From Blepharisma stoltei ATCC 30299 (lineage: Eukaryota > Protista > Ciliophora), in the NCBI GenBank assembly GCA_965603825.1, contig CBFDEM010000027.1, positions 62,001 to 126,000 on the forward strand: a DNA stretch of 64,000 nt, in the 5' to 3' direction. The notes under the pieces are model-generated. The model was not told where the DNA came from. It made no database searches and was given only the letters and a program-made list of their open reading frames with translations. How positions within the stretch are numbered: the first letter of the stretch is position 1; each line of letters begins with the position of its first letter. Position numbers and translations under genes: made by a program. This document shows, piece after piece, positions 1 through 13,000 of this stretch.

Positions 1-2
1 AA

Positions 3-1679
3 TTTAACTTCCCAGATACCCAATTACAATCTCCTGGGAATTTTCAAAAAAATCCTGCAAATGACCCTCGGAATGCTTATTTAAAAGAAATGCAAGAAAT
101 TCGTATGGAAAGAGAAAAAGCGAGAGACCAAATGTTAGAAATGAGAGAAATGATGCTAAAAGAAAGAGAAAAGCAACTAGAAAGTATGCTGCTTATGCTG
201 AAAATCCAGCCTCCAATGTATGGATTTCCACCACAGCAGACAAGACCAGTAAGTTATGGGTCAAATATGCAGATGGAGCCTAATGAATTTCCTCAGTATA
301 ATATGCCGAATCCTCAATACCCTCCTGGCAATAGGCAATATACTAATCCATTGATGACAGAGACTTCTAATCCTTATGAAATCCCTCAGCCAAATGCAAA
401 TTTTAACCAAAAACCTTATGATTTAGCTTCTCAACCCAACTATCCTCAGTCAAATACAAACTTTAACCAAAAACCTTATGACTTAGGCTCCCCACCTGCA
501 AATTATTCGCAGCCTTATGACTTTTCTGCCCCAAAAATAAATAAAGATGCAAAACAAAGCTTATTTGGACAGCCTCAAAATTCAAATTTGGTGGATTTGC
601 AGAATGAGCCAAGCTTTAAACAGCCTGGCTATGCTGATTTATTATCGGCAAATCCTCAATCAGAAGAATTATTTGAAAAATCTCTAATGAGCTCCCAAAA
701 ATGGGTAGATCCTCATTTAATGAAATGAGGTGACGTCAAAATTGCAGACAGCACCCAAGTTCCTATTGAAAACTCTTCCCCTGAGCGTAAAAAGTGGGGC
801 TCTCCTAAGAAAAACCTTGATGTCGAAGTAAAAAACTACGACACCCTCAAAACTGATTCGCAAGATACCCCAAAATTCCAGCTGAAAACAATTCCTGAAG
901 AAAACCCAGCTCTATTCCAAGCTAACGAGGTCGACGAGCACATAGAAGAAGAAATCAATGAAATTTACCCCACACAAGAAGATGAAGAAAAAGAAAATTT
1001 AATTGAAAATCCATCATCAGACAGCAATAGAGAAATCGTCCTGTCTCAGCCAAAATATGAAGAAAGCGCTGAATTAAAGATGGCTCCTGACAGTTTAAGA
1101 GGGTCTGAAGACTCTATTAATATGCAATCTGCCTCTATTGGCAGCAATTTCTCAGAAGCAAAAATAACCCCAAAGGTAGAAATTGCATTTAATTTTAAAG
1201 AGCCAGCAGAAGAGACGTCTACTGATATAATTAATAATTTTTTACAGGACCAAAAGCAGAGGCAGGTTATTGGAAAGCCTGAAGCCCCAAAGAGAAGCCT
1301 TGCAATAAGCAGGCTAGATGAAGCGAGGATGTATGCGAAACAGCAGAAGACAAAGGACGTTTTTGAAGAGCTTGATACGAAGCTGATGGAAGGGCTTTTT
1401 AAGCCGAAATCTACCCCAAAATATGAAGATTCGTTGGAAAAGCCTGCCAAAGAGGTAGCGTTTACAGGCAAATTTACAAAAGTGGCACTAAATGAGCTGA
1501 GGAAACAGAAATACCAAAATTCAATTGATAATATACTGCAGGATTCGAGGCCAAGCTCAAAAAGTTCGACACGGCAAGCTGTTGATGAGTTTTTAAGCAA
1601 GTTTGAAAAAGAAAGCTCGCCTCATAAAAGTTCAAGCCGCCAGTCAAGAAGATATGAAAATCAAGACCCAATCATTTAA
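3..1679 (+). CDS. Uncharacterised Pro/Gln-rich coiled-coil protein, 5'-partial (starts before window)
   Basis: ORFs 90-728 and 1080-1679 are in the same frame, joined by TGA(726-728)=Trp. The frame is open from base 3. Contains an internal 60-nt duplication encoding NFNQKPYDL twice. Confidence 0.8.
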
Positions 1680-2105
1680 TATTTTAAATTTATGTTATAG
1701 ATAGTATCATTACACTCTTTACTTAAATAAAACATGCTTTTATATCGCTATTATTTGCTAGTCTTAAATTTCAATATAGTCTACCATATATAGTATTACA
1801 AAATAATAAAACTATTTTTAACAGCAGTTTACTGTCGAATTGAAATAATTGTTTACACCCTAAAATATTTTTGCAGGTTGTGACATTTTCATTTAAATAA
1901 AAGACTATTATATATTTTACTGAATCATAAGCCATTATTTATTATGTGACTTTAATTGTAATGCTATACATACTTTATTCCTATTGGTAAAAAATTGATA
2001 GCTTAGAAGTTCTCTAAATCCAAAACTCTTTATTATTCTCACCATAAAATTATACTTTTTAAAAATAAAATATTGCTGCATTTTCACACCTTAGTTATTA
2101 ATAAA

Positions 2106-3827
2106 ATGATTGAAGCATTGAGGCGCCGGAATTCAGTCTCCCTTCATGTAGATGATGAAAACTTTTTAAAATTCAAAAGAAGAAATTCTTACGTTGGTCT
2201 TCTCAAAGACACAGAAGGCGAAGACTCATTGAGTAGCAAAAATTCGTTCAAACTTATAAGAATGATTTTAGGGCTAAAGCCCTCAGAGCGGACTCCTGAA
2301 ATGATTGAAAAAGTTTATCATTGGACGAAAAGCCTAAAATTTTTCCAAAAATTAAGAGAAGAAAATTCAGAGGAAACCCATATAGCTTGTTGCAATTATC
2401 TCCAATATGAGTTTCATCATATAGAATCATTCGTTATAAGGCAAGGCGATATAGGGACGAAATTTTATATTATTTTAGATGGAAAAGTTAGTGTAATTAG
2501 AGAAAATGAAGGCGAAAAATGCACTGAAATGACGGAACTTGGACCTGGAGAAGCATTTGGAGAACGAGCACTAATGCTTGGAGTTCCTAGAGCTTGTAGT
2601 GTAAAATGCATCACAAACTGCAGCCTAGGTGTATTAGAGATCAGTGACTATAAAAAAATACTTGAATCATTTATGGAAGAAAAATATAGCTCATTAATAG
2701 CTATGCTTAGAGAATTGCCAATGTTTAAAAACAGATCCAGCCATTATTTACAAAGGCTGACTTATCATTTTAAACCTCGAAAATTCCAAAAGAAGCAGTG
2801 CGTTTATAAAGAAGGAGATCCTGCTAATGAAGTATTTTTAATACAGCAAGGGGAATTTAATTTATCAAAAAAACTAAAAATTTCTTTACAATCCTCAAAA
2901 GCTTTCCCAAAAACTTCAAATTTAAAAAATAAACAAATTTCTAGAGACGCGCCAATTGTATTGCTCGGAAAAGGCTGCATGTTTGGAGAAGAAGAAATTT
3001 TGTCAGAGCTCGATAATAGATCGACCTCATGTTTTTGCGCATCTGACGAAGGATTTGTTTTAGCCATCAGCAAAGAAAATTTTCAGAAAAATATTTTAAA
3101 AAGTGAAGAAGCTGCTGAATTTTTGAAAAAAAGAACTGAAAATAAGCTTGCTTCAAGGCAGGCTACAATCGACCAAAACGTGTATTTGCAGAAATTAAAA
3201 TCAGGGATTATCCCTATTAAAGCTGATGAAACTCCTCCACCGCTTCCTCCAATAAAACAATTACCGCCTCCATTAACGATAAATACAAATAAGCCACAAC
3301 TGTTAAAGCTTCCAATGACTCCAAGAGGTTCTTCTCTATTAACTCCAATTAACGACCTATCTGGAAGCGAAAGTCCATGCAAATATCCAGATGAAAAAGG
3401 CTCTCTTTCACCGGCAAAAAGTTTTCGGCTTGAAATTCCTCCTCTTTTTACCTCTTCTAATACGCCAATGACGCCAAGCATAATTTCTGACTCAAAGAAT
3501 CCAAGCCTTTCTCCGCCAAAGCTAGAAAAAAGTGAATCAATGCCGATATTTAGTCATACTCCTAGAAAATCAATTATACCTCCAATTGAAGACTATATAA
3601 ATTGTCCCAAAAAAAAGCAAGAAAGACTGTTTAAAATTAAAGAAATTGTAAATATCCATACCCATATGATGAAAGTAAGTAGTCTTAAAAAAGAATCATT
3701 GAAAGGATTTATAAGGACTGATCGTGGAAAAATGCTGACCTCGCCGGTTTTGCTGGATGATAAAGAGTGTGAATCTCCTATGAAGATTGAAAGAAGTAAA
3801 ATATCAAGGAAATCTTCTGTGCTTTAA
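2106..3827 (+). CDS. Cyclic-nucleotide-binding domain protein (two cNMP domains, Ser/Pro-rich tail), copy 1
   Basis: Motifs IRQGDIGTKFYIILDGKV, GEAFGERAL...PRACSV, YKEGDPANEVFLIQQGE and GCMFGEEE. ATG 2106 matches the paralogue start. Confidence 0.9.
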   Translation: MIEALRRRNSVSLHVDDENFLKFKRRNSYVGLLKDTEGEDSLSSKNSFKLIRMILGLKPSERTPEMIEKVYHWTKSLKFFQKLREENSEETHIACCNYLQYEFHHIESFVIRQGDIGTKFYIILDGKVSVIRENEGEKCTEMTELGPGEAFGERALMLGVPRACSVKCITNCSLGVLEISDYKKILESFMEEKYSSLIAMLRELPMFKNRSSHYLQRLTYHFKPRKFQKKQCVYKEGDPANEVFLIQQGEFNLSKKLKISLQSSKAFPKTSNLKNKQISRDAPIVLLGKGCMFGEEEILSELDNRSTSCFCASDEGFVLAISKENFQKNILKSEEAAEFLKKRTENKLASRQATIDQNVYLQKLKSGIIPIKADETPPPLPPIKQLPPPLTINTNKPQLLKLPMTPRGSSLLTPINDLSGSESPCKYPDEKGSLSPAKSFRLEIPPLFTSSNTPMTPSIISDSKNPSLSPPKLEKSESMPIFSHTPRKSIIPPIEDYINCPKKKQERLFKIKEIVNIHTHMMKVSSLKKESLKGFIRTDRGKMLTSPVLLDDKECESPMKIERSKISRKSSVL

Positions 3828-4319
3828 TAAAATTATTTAAAATTTGTAATTAACTGAATATGACAATTTATAATTTATTATATGTGCATGAATATGATTT
3901 TTATTTATTTTATAATGCGAATTCTTTAATTCTTGAATCTATTTTAGATAAAAAATTCATGCAAATATTTTAGCAATAATTAAAATTATCATATAAAATA
4001 CCAGTTTTACTGCTTATTTTCATCATTAAAATAATTATTAAACTTCTTATTTAATTTTGATATCTAGACTATCAGAATTTTATTAAACTATCTTAATTAA
4101 AGGTTCTGACCTTTTTTATTATAATATTAAATTATTTTGTGTGACTCTAATCATTATGAAATATTACATTTTAATTATTGAATTTTTCTATCATTGATAA
4201 TTTACATATTATAATTTTAGCTTATTAGACCCTTTAAACTCCATAATTTATAATAAAACTTTATTATTTTTTAACCATAAAACTATTACAGCAATTTTGT
4301 TCCTTAATAATTAATAAAA

Positions 4320-6044
4320 ATGATTGAGTCTTTCGTCCGCCGAAACTCAGTCTCTCATGTAGAAAATGAAAACTTATTAAAATTCAAAAAGAGAAACTCT
4401 TATATTGACCTTCTAAAAGGCATAGAAGGAGAAGATTCATTAAGTCAAGCTGGTAGAAACAATTTATTTATACTAATTAGAATGGTATTAGAGCTAAAAC
4501 CCTCAGAGCGGACTCCTGAAATGATTGAAAAAGTATACCAATGAACTAAAAACCTTAAATTTTTCCAAAAATTAACAGAAGCAAATTCAGTAGAAACTCA
4601 TATAGCTTGTTGCAATTATCTTCAATATGAGTTTCATGAGGCAGGGTCTCTTGTAATAAAACAAGGTGATATGGGAACAAAGTTTTATATTATCTTAGAT
4701 GGAAAAGTAAGCGTTATTAGAGAAGATGAAGGCGAAGATACTTTTGAAATGGCTGAGCTTGGGACAGGAGAAGCATTTGGTGAGAGAGCATTAATGCTTG
4801 GAGTTCCAAGGGCTTGTAGTATAAAATGTATTACAAACTGCAGCCTAGGTGTACTAGAGATTAGTGACTATAAGAAAGTACTTGACTCATTTATGGAAGA
4901 AAAGTACAATTTATTAATAGCTATGCTTAGAGAATTTCCAATATTTAAAAACAGTTCTAGGCATTATTTGCAAAGGCTAACTTATCAATTTAAGCCTAGA
5001 AAATACCAAAAGAAGCAGTGTGTTTACAAAGAAGGAGATCCTACAAGTGAGGTCTTTATAATACAAAAAGGGGAATTTAATTTATCAAAAAAACTAAAAA
5101 TTTCTTTACAATCCTCAAAAGCTTTCCCAAAAACTTCAAATTTAAAAAATAAAAAAATTTCTAAGAATGCCCAAATTGTGTCGCTAAGTAAAGGCTGCAT
5201 GTTTGGAGAAGAAGAAATTTTATCAGGACTTGATAATAGATCGACCTCTTGCTTTTGTGTATCTGATGAAGGGCATGTGTTAGTTATAAGTAAAGAAAGT
5301 TTCAAAAAAAATATTTTAAAAAGTGAAGATGCTGTTGATTTTTTAAGAAAAAGAACTGAAAATAAGCTTGCCTCAAGACAAACAACTATAGATCAAAATC
5401 TTTATTTGCAGAAATTGCACTCAGGAATTATACCTATAAGGGTTAATGAGACTCCTCCACCAATTTCTCCATTAAAACAATTACCACCTATGCCGATAAA
5501 TGCAAGTAAGCCACAATCTTCAAAGTACCCAGTGACCTCAAGAGACTTTTCTAATATAAGTCCTATTCGTGACCTATCTGTAGCTGAAAGCCGATGCAAA
5601 TCTCCTGATGAAAAAGGTTCTCTTTCGCTAAGAAAAAGTTCTCAGCCTGTGGTTCCTCCTCTGTTTAATTCTTTTAACACACCAATTACACCCAGTGTAA
5701 TTTCTGACTCAAAAAATCCAAGCCCATCACGAAAGTTGCAAAAAAGTGAATCGATGCCAATATTTAGTAATTCTTCTAGAAAATCAACTATACGTCCTAT
5801 TGAAGACTATATAAATAGCTCGAGAAAAAAGCCAGAAAAACTTTATAAAGTCAAAGAAATTGTGAATATTCATACCCATATGATGAAAATAAAAAACCTT
5901 AAAAAAGAAGCATCAAAACATTTTATAAGGACTTGTCGTGGGAAAACCCTGACCTCATCAGCTTTGCTAGAAATTGATAAAGATTGTGAGTCCCCTATAA
6001 GAATTGAAAAAAGTAAATTATCAAGAAAATCTTCTATGCTTTAA
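4320..6044 (+). CDS. Cyclic-nucleotide-binding domain protein, tandem paralogue (copy 2)
   Basis: Collinear with 2106-3827 at about 2220 bp offset. TGA 4542-4544 aligns with TGG (VYHWTK) in copy 1. Confidence 0.9.
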
Positions 6045-6167
6045 AAGCATATTAAATTTGTATTAATCAATACAAATTTATGAATAAAGAAAATTATTTA
6101 AATAGTGATTTATAGACTTATGATTTTATTGTAAAAATTATTTTATTTCTTAATTTCTATTGTTATA

Positions 6168-7778
6168 CTATGAAGGAATCAGTTCACTTGCATACATCTG
6201 GTCATACTCTTTCACCACATTTTGATACAGTACAGACTCTTCTTCAAAAGGTCTGATTTCTACAGAAACTCTTTTATGCGGCTGTTTATCGCAGCACATG
6301 TTTAAGAAGTTTTTTATCTTGCTTTGCTCTGGTTTGAAAAAAGAAATTTTAAAATCTTCATTGTTTTCTGCATGCTTTTTTGAGCTAGAAAAACGCTCAT
6401 TTGTAGTTGTATTACTTAAGAAATTCTGATAATGAATTGTTACTAAAATTGTGAGCGGAATTAAAGCAATCGCTGATAAAACGCCAAAAATGTAAGCCAA
6501 TAAATGGCTTTCACTTAAAGATATATCTACAAACCCACTTATATGTGAAGAACTATCTAGGGTTTGTGCGCAAATAGCAACTGTTAAGGCAAAAGTCACC
6601 CATAAGGAATTGATAAAAGCAAAAAAAAATCCTAAATTTCTCGCTCCAATGCAGTTATTGACCCAAGGACAATGATGGTCAAATTTTTCTACACATTTAT
6701 CACAGATTTGGCAATGTCTAGATCTGGCTGGTCTATATATTTTACAGTCCGGACAGATAAGGTGGCTTTCGTATTTTTCATATAGCTGGAAATGACTTGC
6801 ATTTGAGTGCTCTATATACCCTGGGTTTCGTAGACTTACACAAAGGAAAAAAATGAATGTAAGGATAATTACACCAAAATAGATGTAGCCTATGAATTCT
6901 TCAGCGTATTGGAGATTAAAGAGAATCATTGATAATGTCCCAGAAAGGAATAAAGTAAGAAATACAGAGACTGACATATATGTGTATTTTGGTGGCCTTA
7001 AAGGAGGCTTTAGTGCACATTCAGATCATATTCTTGGAGGTTTCAGCAAAGCAGAAATTGCATAATCTTTATCATTTCTTGCGATATCAATTGGTGTTTT
7101 CCCTGATGAATCTTTTGCAAACCGATCAGCTCCTTTGATTAGTAAACATTTTATAATCCTTTGATTTTTAGCAATAACAGCTAAATGCAAAGGTGTATGA
7201 CCATCAGCATCAGGCTGATTTAAAGAGCATCCCATTGAGATTAAAATAGACGCTGGAATTTCACAGCCCATATAGCACGACCAATGCAGCGGTGTGCTAT
7301 TTTTCTGGTCCAAAGGCTCCATGCTCATTCCAATTTCTTTAAAATAAGTCAGTACAAGTGGCTGGTCTCCTTGAGCAGCAATATGAACCACTCCAAGCCC
7401 TTGTAAGTTCACTGCATTAATATCTGCACCAATTTCTATTAAAAGTTTGACTATTTTCTATGTAAGTTTTACAAGACTTCCTTTAAATGCACCAAAATGA
7501 AGCGCTGTAAATCCTTCATCTGTTTTCATATTGACTCATTCTTTTAATATTTTTGGAGCCTCAAATCCACAAGATTGATTAATCTATATTGATAATACGT
7601 GAGTGACCAAAAATTCTAAGACTGCATAGTTTCCTTTTAAGCTTGAAATGTGTAGAGCTGTGTATAATTTTGAATCCAAGCACTTATGAGGGTAAATTTC
7701 AAGCTTACGAATAAGACGATAGATCTCAACTATTTCACCTTTATGAATAGAATTAAGAAAAAGTTGAGATTCAGACAT
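6168..7778 (-). CDS. Ankyrin-repeat DHHC palmitoyltransferase (Akr1/ZDHHC17-like), 2 introns
   Basis: Ankyrin motifs TALH and TPLH; DHHC domain [27 protein letters not shown]. Joined by 15-nt introns 7584-7598 and 7458-7472 and by TGA=Trp at 7536 and 7026. Confidence 0.92.
7458..7472 (-). other. 15-nt spliceosomal intron
   Basis: GTAAAACTTACATAG. Removal restores the ankyrin sequence GAFKGSL|KIVKLL and removes an in-frame TAG. Confidence 0.9.
7584..7598 (-). other. 15-nt spliceosomal intron
   Basis: GTATTATCAATATAG; carries an in-frame TAG. Confidence 0.88.
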
Positions 7779-7945
7779 TTTTGATTATGTGAAAAGACTA
7801 ATTTATTAAGTTAACAAACTCTGATATTTTGATGTAAACTAAAATCATAATTTTAATTAATATTTGCGATTTTTTTATAATTTAAACACTGATTTTAGAA
7901 TAAAAATAGAAATCGTATTTTTTTATATATTATAACTGAATACTT

Positions 7946-8638
7946 ATGGAATACGGTTCTCTCGAACTAGAGAATAAACTGTTAAGAAAAGAAGTAGATT
8001 CTTTAAGGACTGTGCTAAAAGCAGTTAGTAGCAGCAGAGATTCTTCAAATGACTGCTTTAGCCCTATAGAAGAAGTTACTGAGTATTCGACTTATCCAAC
8101 ACATAGATCAGCATCTATGACTGAAATGCCATGAAACCCTTTGGCTTTTCCAAGTCCAAAAATCGATATAGTCCCTAAACCTATCACTGGTCAGCAAGAT
8201 TTAATTTCAATGAAAGAAGAAATTGAAGAAGAACTTTATGAAATTGAACAAAGTATGAAAAATCTGAGATGCAAAGACATCAAAATTAAAAAAGAAATGC
8301 AAAAAAATATAGATTTTCTAAAGCGATCTATCGAAAAAATTAGCGAAACTATTGAAAATAATGAAAGGCAGCAGCATCGACCTAAGAAATCGTGAGCAAG
8401 CGAAAATCAGTATGAAGAATCTCTTTTATTTCAAGAACTGACAAGGCTGAGAAAAGAAAATTTTGACTTGAAAGAAGAATTGAGGGCAACACGAACAAAT
8501 TCTCCTGTAGTTTTTTCTAAAACTTCAGAGGATTTTCCATTTGGTAGTCAGAATTCAACAATAAGAAAAAATTTATCAAGCAGTCGTTATTTTCTTCAAA
8601 AAAATAACAGTATAAAGTCATACAGAAATCAATATTAA
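7946..8638 (+). CDS. Uncharacterised coiled-coil protein
   Basis: Single frame through TGA 8132 and TGA 8393 to TAA 8636-8638. Confidence 0.75.
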
Positions 8639-8663
8639 TCCCATTGTAATTAATTCTTTAATT

Positions 8664-9968
8664 ATGAATTCTTTTAAAGATGATATTTGAACAAGCAACG
8701 ACCCTCAGATTTTGCAGCAAAAAATAGAGCTGCTTAAAATTGAGCTCGAAGACTCAAAAAACAATGAAAATCATCTTAAGTGTATGTATAATACCCTAAT
8801 GAAAAACTTTACAGCTAAAGCTGAAAATTCATTTAGCGTAATATTAATTTAGGGCAAAATCACAAATGAATTAAAACTTGTACGTGAGCAACATGAAAAA
8901 GAAATTGAATCAATTAAGACCCGACATAAGCGTGAGTTGGAATTTAGAGATATAAAAGAAAAGGATATGCAAAACCGAATAAATGCAGCAAATGCTGAAA
9001 ATATGGTGCTTAAGCAGGAATTAGAAAAAATAAATCAAGGATCAAAAATAAAGCATAATGCTTTTAATTATTTTTGCAAGAAATTTGAAAATAAGCTGAA
9101 GGAGATGAATGAAAATTATAACAAAAATATAAAAATTCAAAGAGATGAAAATAATCAATTAAGGCATGAAAATACCAAGCTTAAGCAACTTGTAGGGCTA
9201 CAGTCATATGAGTTTCCAAAAGAATTAAAAAATTTTTGGGATAACTCAGAACAGCTTGACAGCAGAATTCAAGAAATTGAGCTTGAAAATCAAGCTAAAA
9301 TTGATAAAATTGAGGGAGAAAAAATAAAAGCTGAAGAAACTGCAGAAATATGGAAAAAAGAATTAGAAGAGTTAGCAAGATTCGCTATAAACCAAAAATC
9401 TGCCAAAAAGCTGCCAATATCTCACAATAAAACCCAGACAACCCTAAAAATGCTTTCCCCGAGCTCAAAATCTCCTAAAAACATAATAAACCGAAGAGAA
9501 ACCAAAGAATTTACTTTTAATAAAAATTTACCTGAAAAACAGTCAGGAGTCGATATAATCAGATCAAAATCTATTGAAGCTAAAAAAGCATTAAATTACT
9601 ATTATCTTTTAAAAAATAAAGAAGATTTAACTGAGAAACTAGCTGATAGAGAGTCAGAGATATCATTATTACGAAAGAAAATCGCAGAAACCAAAATCAG
9701 TGCCCCATCATCTCCTATGTCCCAAAGTTTTGTTAAAATAGGGTCTGAGAGTACAGCCCCATCATTTATTTTTGGTATGAAAGGATATCCACATGATGAG
9801 GCACCATATAAAATTGATCAAGATCAGTATATGATGCTGAAAAAATGCCAAAAAATTATTAATTCTGCATATGCAATTGAATGCGAAAATTGTCGCAATT
9901 TATATATCACTCAAAAGTTTTACCCTCATTTACAAAAGTGCAAGAACTTAAGCGTAAATGATATTTAA
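8664..9968 (+). CDS. Coiled-coil protein with C-terminal CxxC...HxxxC zinc-finger-like motif, 1 intron
   Basis: ATG 8664, one TGA=Trp and intron 8838-8852, in frame with ORF 8937-9968. C-terminus reads IECENCRNLY...PHLQKC. Confidence 0.78.
8838..8852 (+). other. 15-nt spliceosomal intron
   Basis: GTAATATTAATTTAG; carries an in-frame TAG. Confidence 0.85.
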
Positions 9969-10019
9969 TTATAAATAGTGTAAATACCCTAATATTTAAT
10001 TCCATAATCATTAGCAGTT

Positions 10020-13000
10020 ATGAAAGGGAAAAAGGAGGTAAAGAAACCCAAACAAGCGAAACCTTTAAAAGAGCTCCTCCCACCTGGATTTACCAAACAG
10101 CCTAGAGAGCCTCTTCCTCTCTCAATTCCAGACAGCCGCCCTGCAACTCATCAATATGAATTTCAAATCCCAAGTTTATGCCCAAACTGGCCAGGTGACG
10201 ATGCTGCTTTGAACCACGATTTTGAGCTAAGTTCTGTAACTTTATATGAAGACGATTTCGAGTATGTTTTCCCTCCTTCAATTTATGAGTTCTGTCCAAG
10301 AGAAAATGTGATCATGAAGTGGCCTGAAGATATTGTAGGGATGAATGAAATTACTTCAAGATTCAGCAAAAGATTTAACCCAAAAAAGCAGGCAACCTCA
10401 GGCATGGGTGGATCATTTTTCAGCATGAGCATTTCCCGACAACAAAATATCTCTGAAATAGCTACAGATGAAGCTGAAAAAGCTATGGTTGTTGTATCAT
10501 TCATCGAAAGAGATGAGACCCCAGAAGAGTTCGAAGCCAGAAAACAAAAAGAAGCTGAAAAAATCGCTTTAATGAAAAAAAAGCCTCCAAAAACAGAAGA
10601 ACTGCATATAGGGAAAGTAAAAGAAGTAAAACTAGGGAACATCGAAATGGGAAAACAGCTGCCACATTGCTCAAAATGGATAAGCAGCCAGTTACAGATA
10701 CTAAAAGACAAAGGCTGGAAAGATCCACATACAAGCGAGTCTTTATGGAACAAAATTTACCCTCAAAAAGAAGGAATCCCTATCTACAACCCCTCAGGAA
10801 GATATTGGGTAAAATTAATGCTGCTTGGAGTTCCTAGACTTGTAGAAATTGACTGCAGGGTCCCTACAAATTTAGAAGGGCTTTGCTTATTGCCAAGATC
10901 CAGTACTTTTAGAGACTTGTGGCCGATTATTCTGACGAAGGCGTATTTCAAACTTTATTCTTTTAGGTGGAGAAATATCAGTAAATTTGTATCAGTCCCT
11001 GACGATGAAATTGATGGGTCGTTTATTTATTCATTAACTGGGATGCTGCCTCAAAAAATGACGATAAACCAAATAAATCAAGACGAATGGAGACTAATAC
11101 AGAACTGACTGAGAGATGATGCTTGGGATCAAGGCAGAGTTCTAGTCTCAGTCCACTGCAGTACTGAAAAGACCCCGTCTATTCCTTCTATGAGCTATAT
11201 CGAAGAAGATAAAGACGAGTATAGGTCTAAAGACACTTTTACAGAAATGGTTCCTGTCCCAGAAATTGAAATAGAAAATATTCCTGAAAAAAATGTAAGT
11301 GCTGAAGAAAGCCAAATAAGGACTCCTACACAGAGAAATTTAGGTGGGCTACAAGTGACCACGACGGAAGGCAGGAAATATTCGTTAAACCAGAATCCGA
11401 ATAGGCCTGTACATGTATTAAATGGGTTTGGGTATTTGCTATATGAAGCTTTTTCGAATCCGGAAGAGTTTGATATGAAAAAGGTACTGAGAAAAGAAAA
11501 AGTCAGGATTCAGGAAGAAGCAAAAACGGCGCTATTGAGGGCTAAAGCTACGTCCCCAGCGAGGAAATTAAAGAGACACCAAAGTCCAGCAAGGCTTAGG
11601 GAGTACCAGAAAAGAAAAGCGAGAAGAGAAAAAGAAAAAGAAGAAAAAAGGCAAAAACTGTTGGAGGTAAAATTATGCCAAGTTTATAAATTTTTAAGAA
11701 TTAAAACAGCAGTCACAAACATCCCTGTTTTAACTGTCGATTGTGGCTTTTCTCCCCAAGAAATTGACGAAGCAAAGCTAAGGCTCCTAAATCAGCAATT
11801 TTTCCAAGACAAAGAAGTGGCTGCCTTTGAAAGACTAATGGAAGAAGAAGACCGCGAACTTTTCGACCCTAAGGACTCCGGCATTGAAGAATCCAACCAA
11901 GAAGAATCCATCATAAACTACGACCAATTAGTCCAACCCCCTCAACGAGCCCAAGGCGGGGTCTGAATTTCCTCAGACGATTTTCCTTTTGCCTTTACCG
12001 AGTTTATTATCTACCACCACATAAGTTTTTACCCTCACAATATGATCCTTGATGACTTGTGGAAAGACCAAAGCGTCCCTTTTACCCATAACCAAGATTT
12101 TGACGTATGAATTATTGACGCTAAATCTGACGCGACCTTTTTGGTAGCTTTTTCTCCATTGTTGCCTAACGACTTGAAATTTCAGCCTTCTTCGATCAGT
12201 TTGATGATACAAAGGTATGATTTTGAGAATGAGGTAAATATCCCATGAGATGACGAGGCCAAGCTGACGAGCACTTCTATATTAGCAAATCAATATAATG
12301 TCAGTGAAGGATTATATGTCCTAAAGCCTTCTATTATGTGTGCGCCATGCGGGTCAATTACGTGGATTTCTTCAACTGTCCCTGTCGAGACTATGTCTCG
12401 TATGAAATATTTAAGCGAAAAACAAGGGTGGAGCATCAGTTCTTTGAACTTTGACTACTCAGCGATAGCGAAAAAAGCATTTTATATCCCAATGAAAGTA
12501 GAAATTACCTCAACTGACCCTTTGCCTGTGTTTATAAAATTGTCGTCTTCAGATCCAAATCTTTTATCATCAGCTCAGCTACTATTAATAAATAGAGATA
12601 AAGATCCATTGGAGCAGAAATACTCATATTTAGACATAGCGACCTTAGAATCTCAAAGAATTTCTTTTTCGCCCAACGAAAAAGGCTATAGGCTTTTACT
12701 GCTGATTATTTCTTCTACTTCTCTCCTAGATGGCCAAGTAAGCCTTAACATTTTGACGAAAACTCCTGAACAAATTAAAGCAACCCCAGGAGATATGATG
12801 GATCCTGCAGAGTTTTCTGACCGTTACTTGCCTAATAAATATGGGATTATCTTCAAAGAGCACTTTTTTATCCCCGAAGAAGTCCATTTTTCGCTTCATC
12901 TTCGCTTAAGAAAAGGAGGGCTGCCAATCCCAGGGTCCAAAACAAAAGAGCTTGCCCCAGAAGAGCCATTGCTGGCCTCAAGACTTATAAAGCTTAGCCT

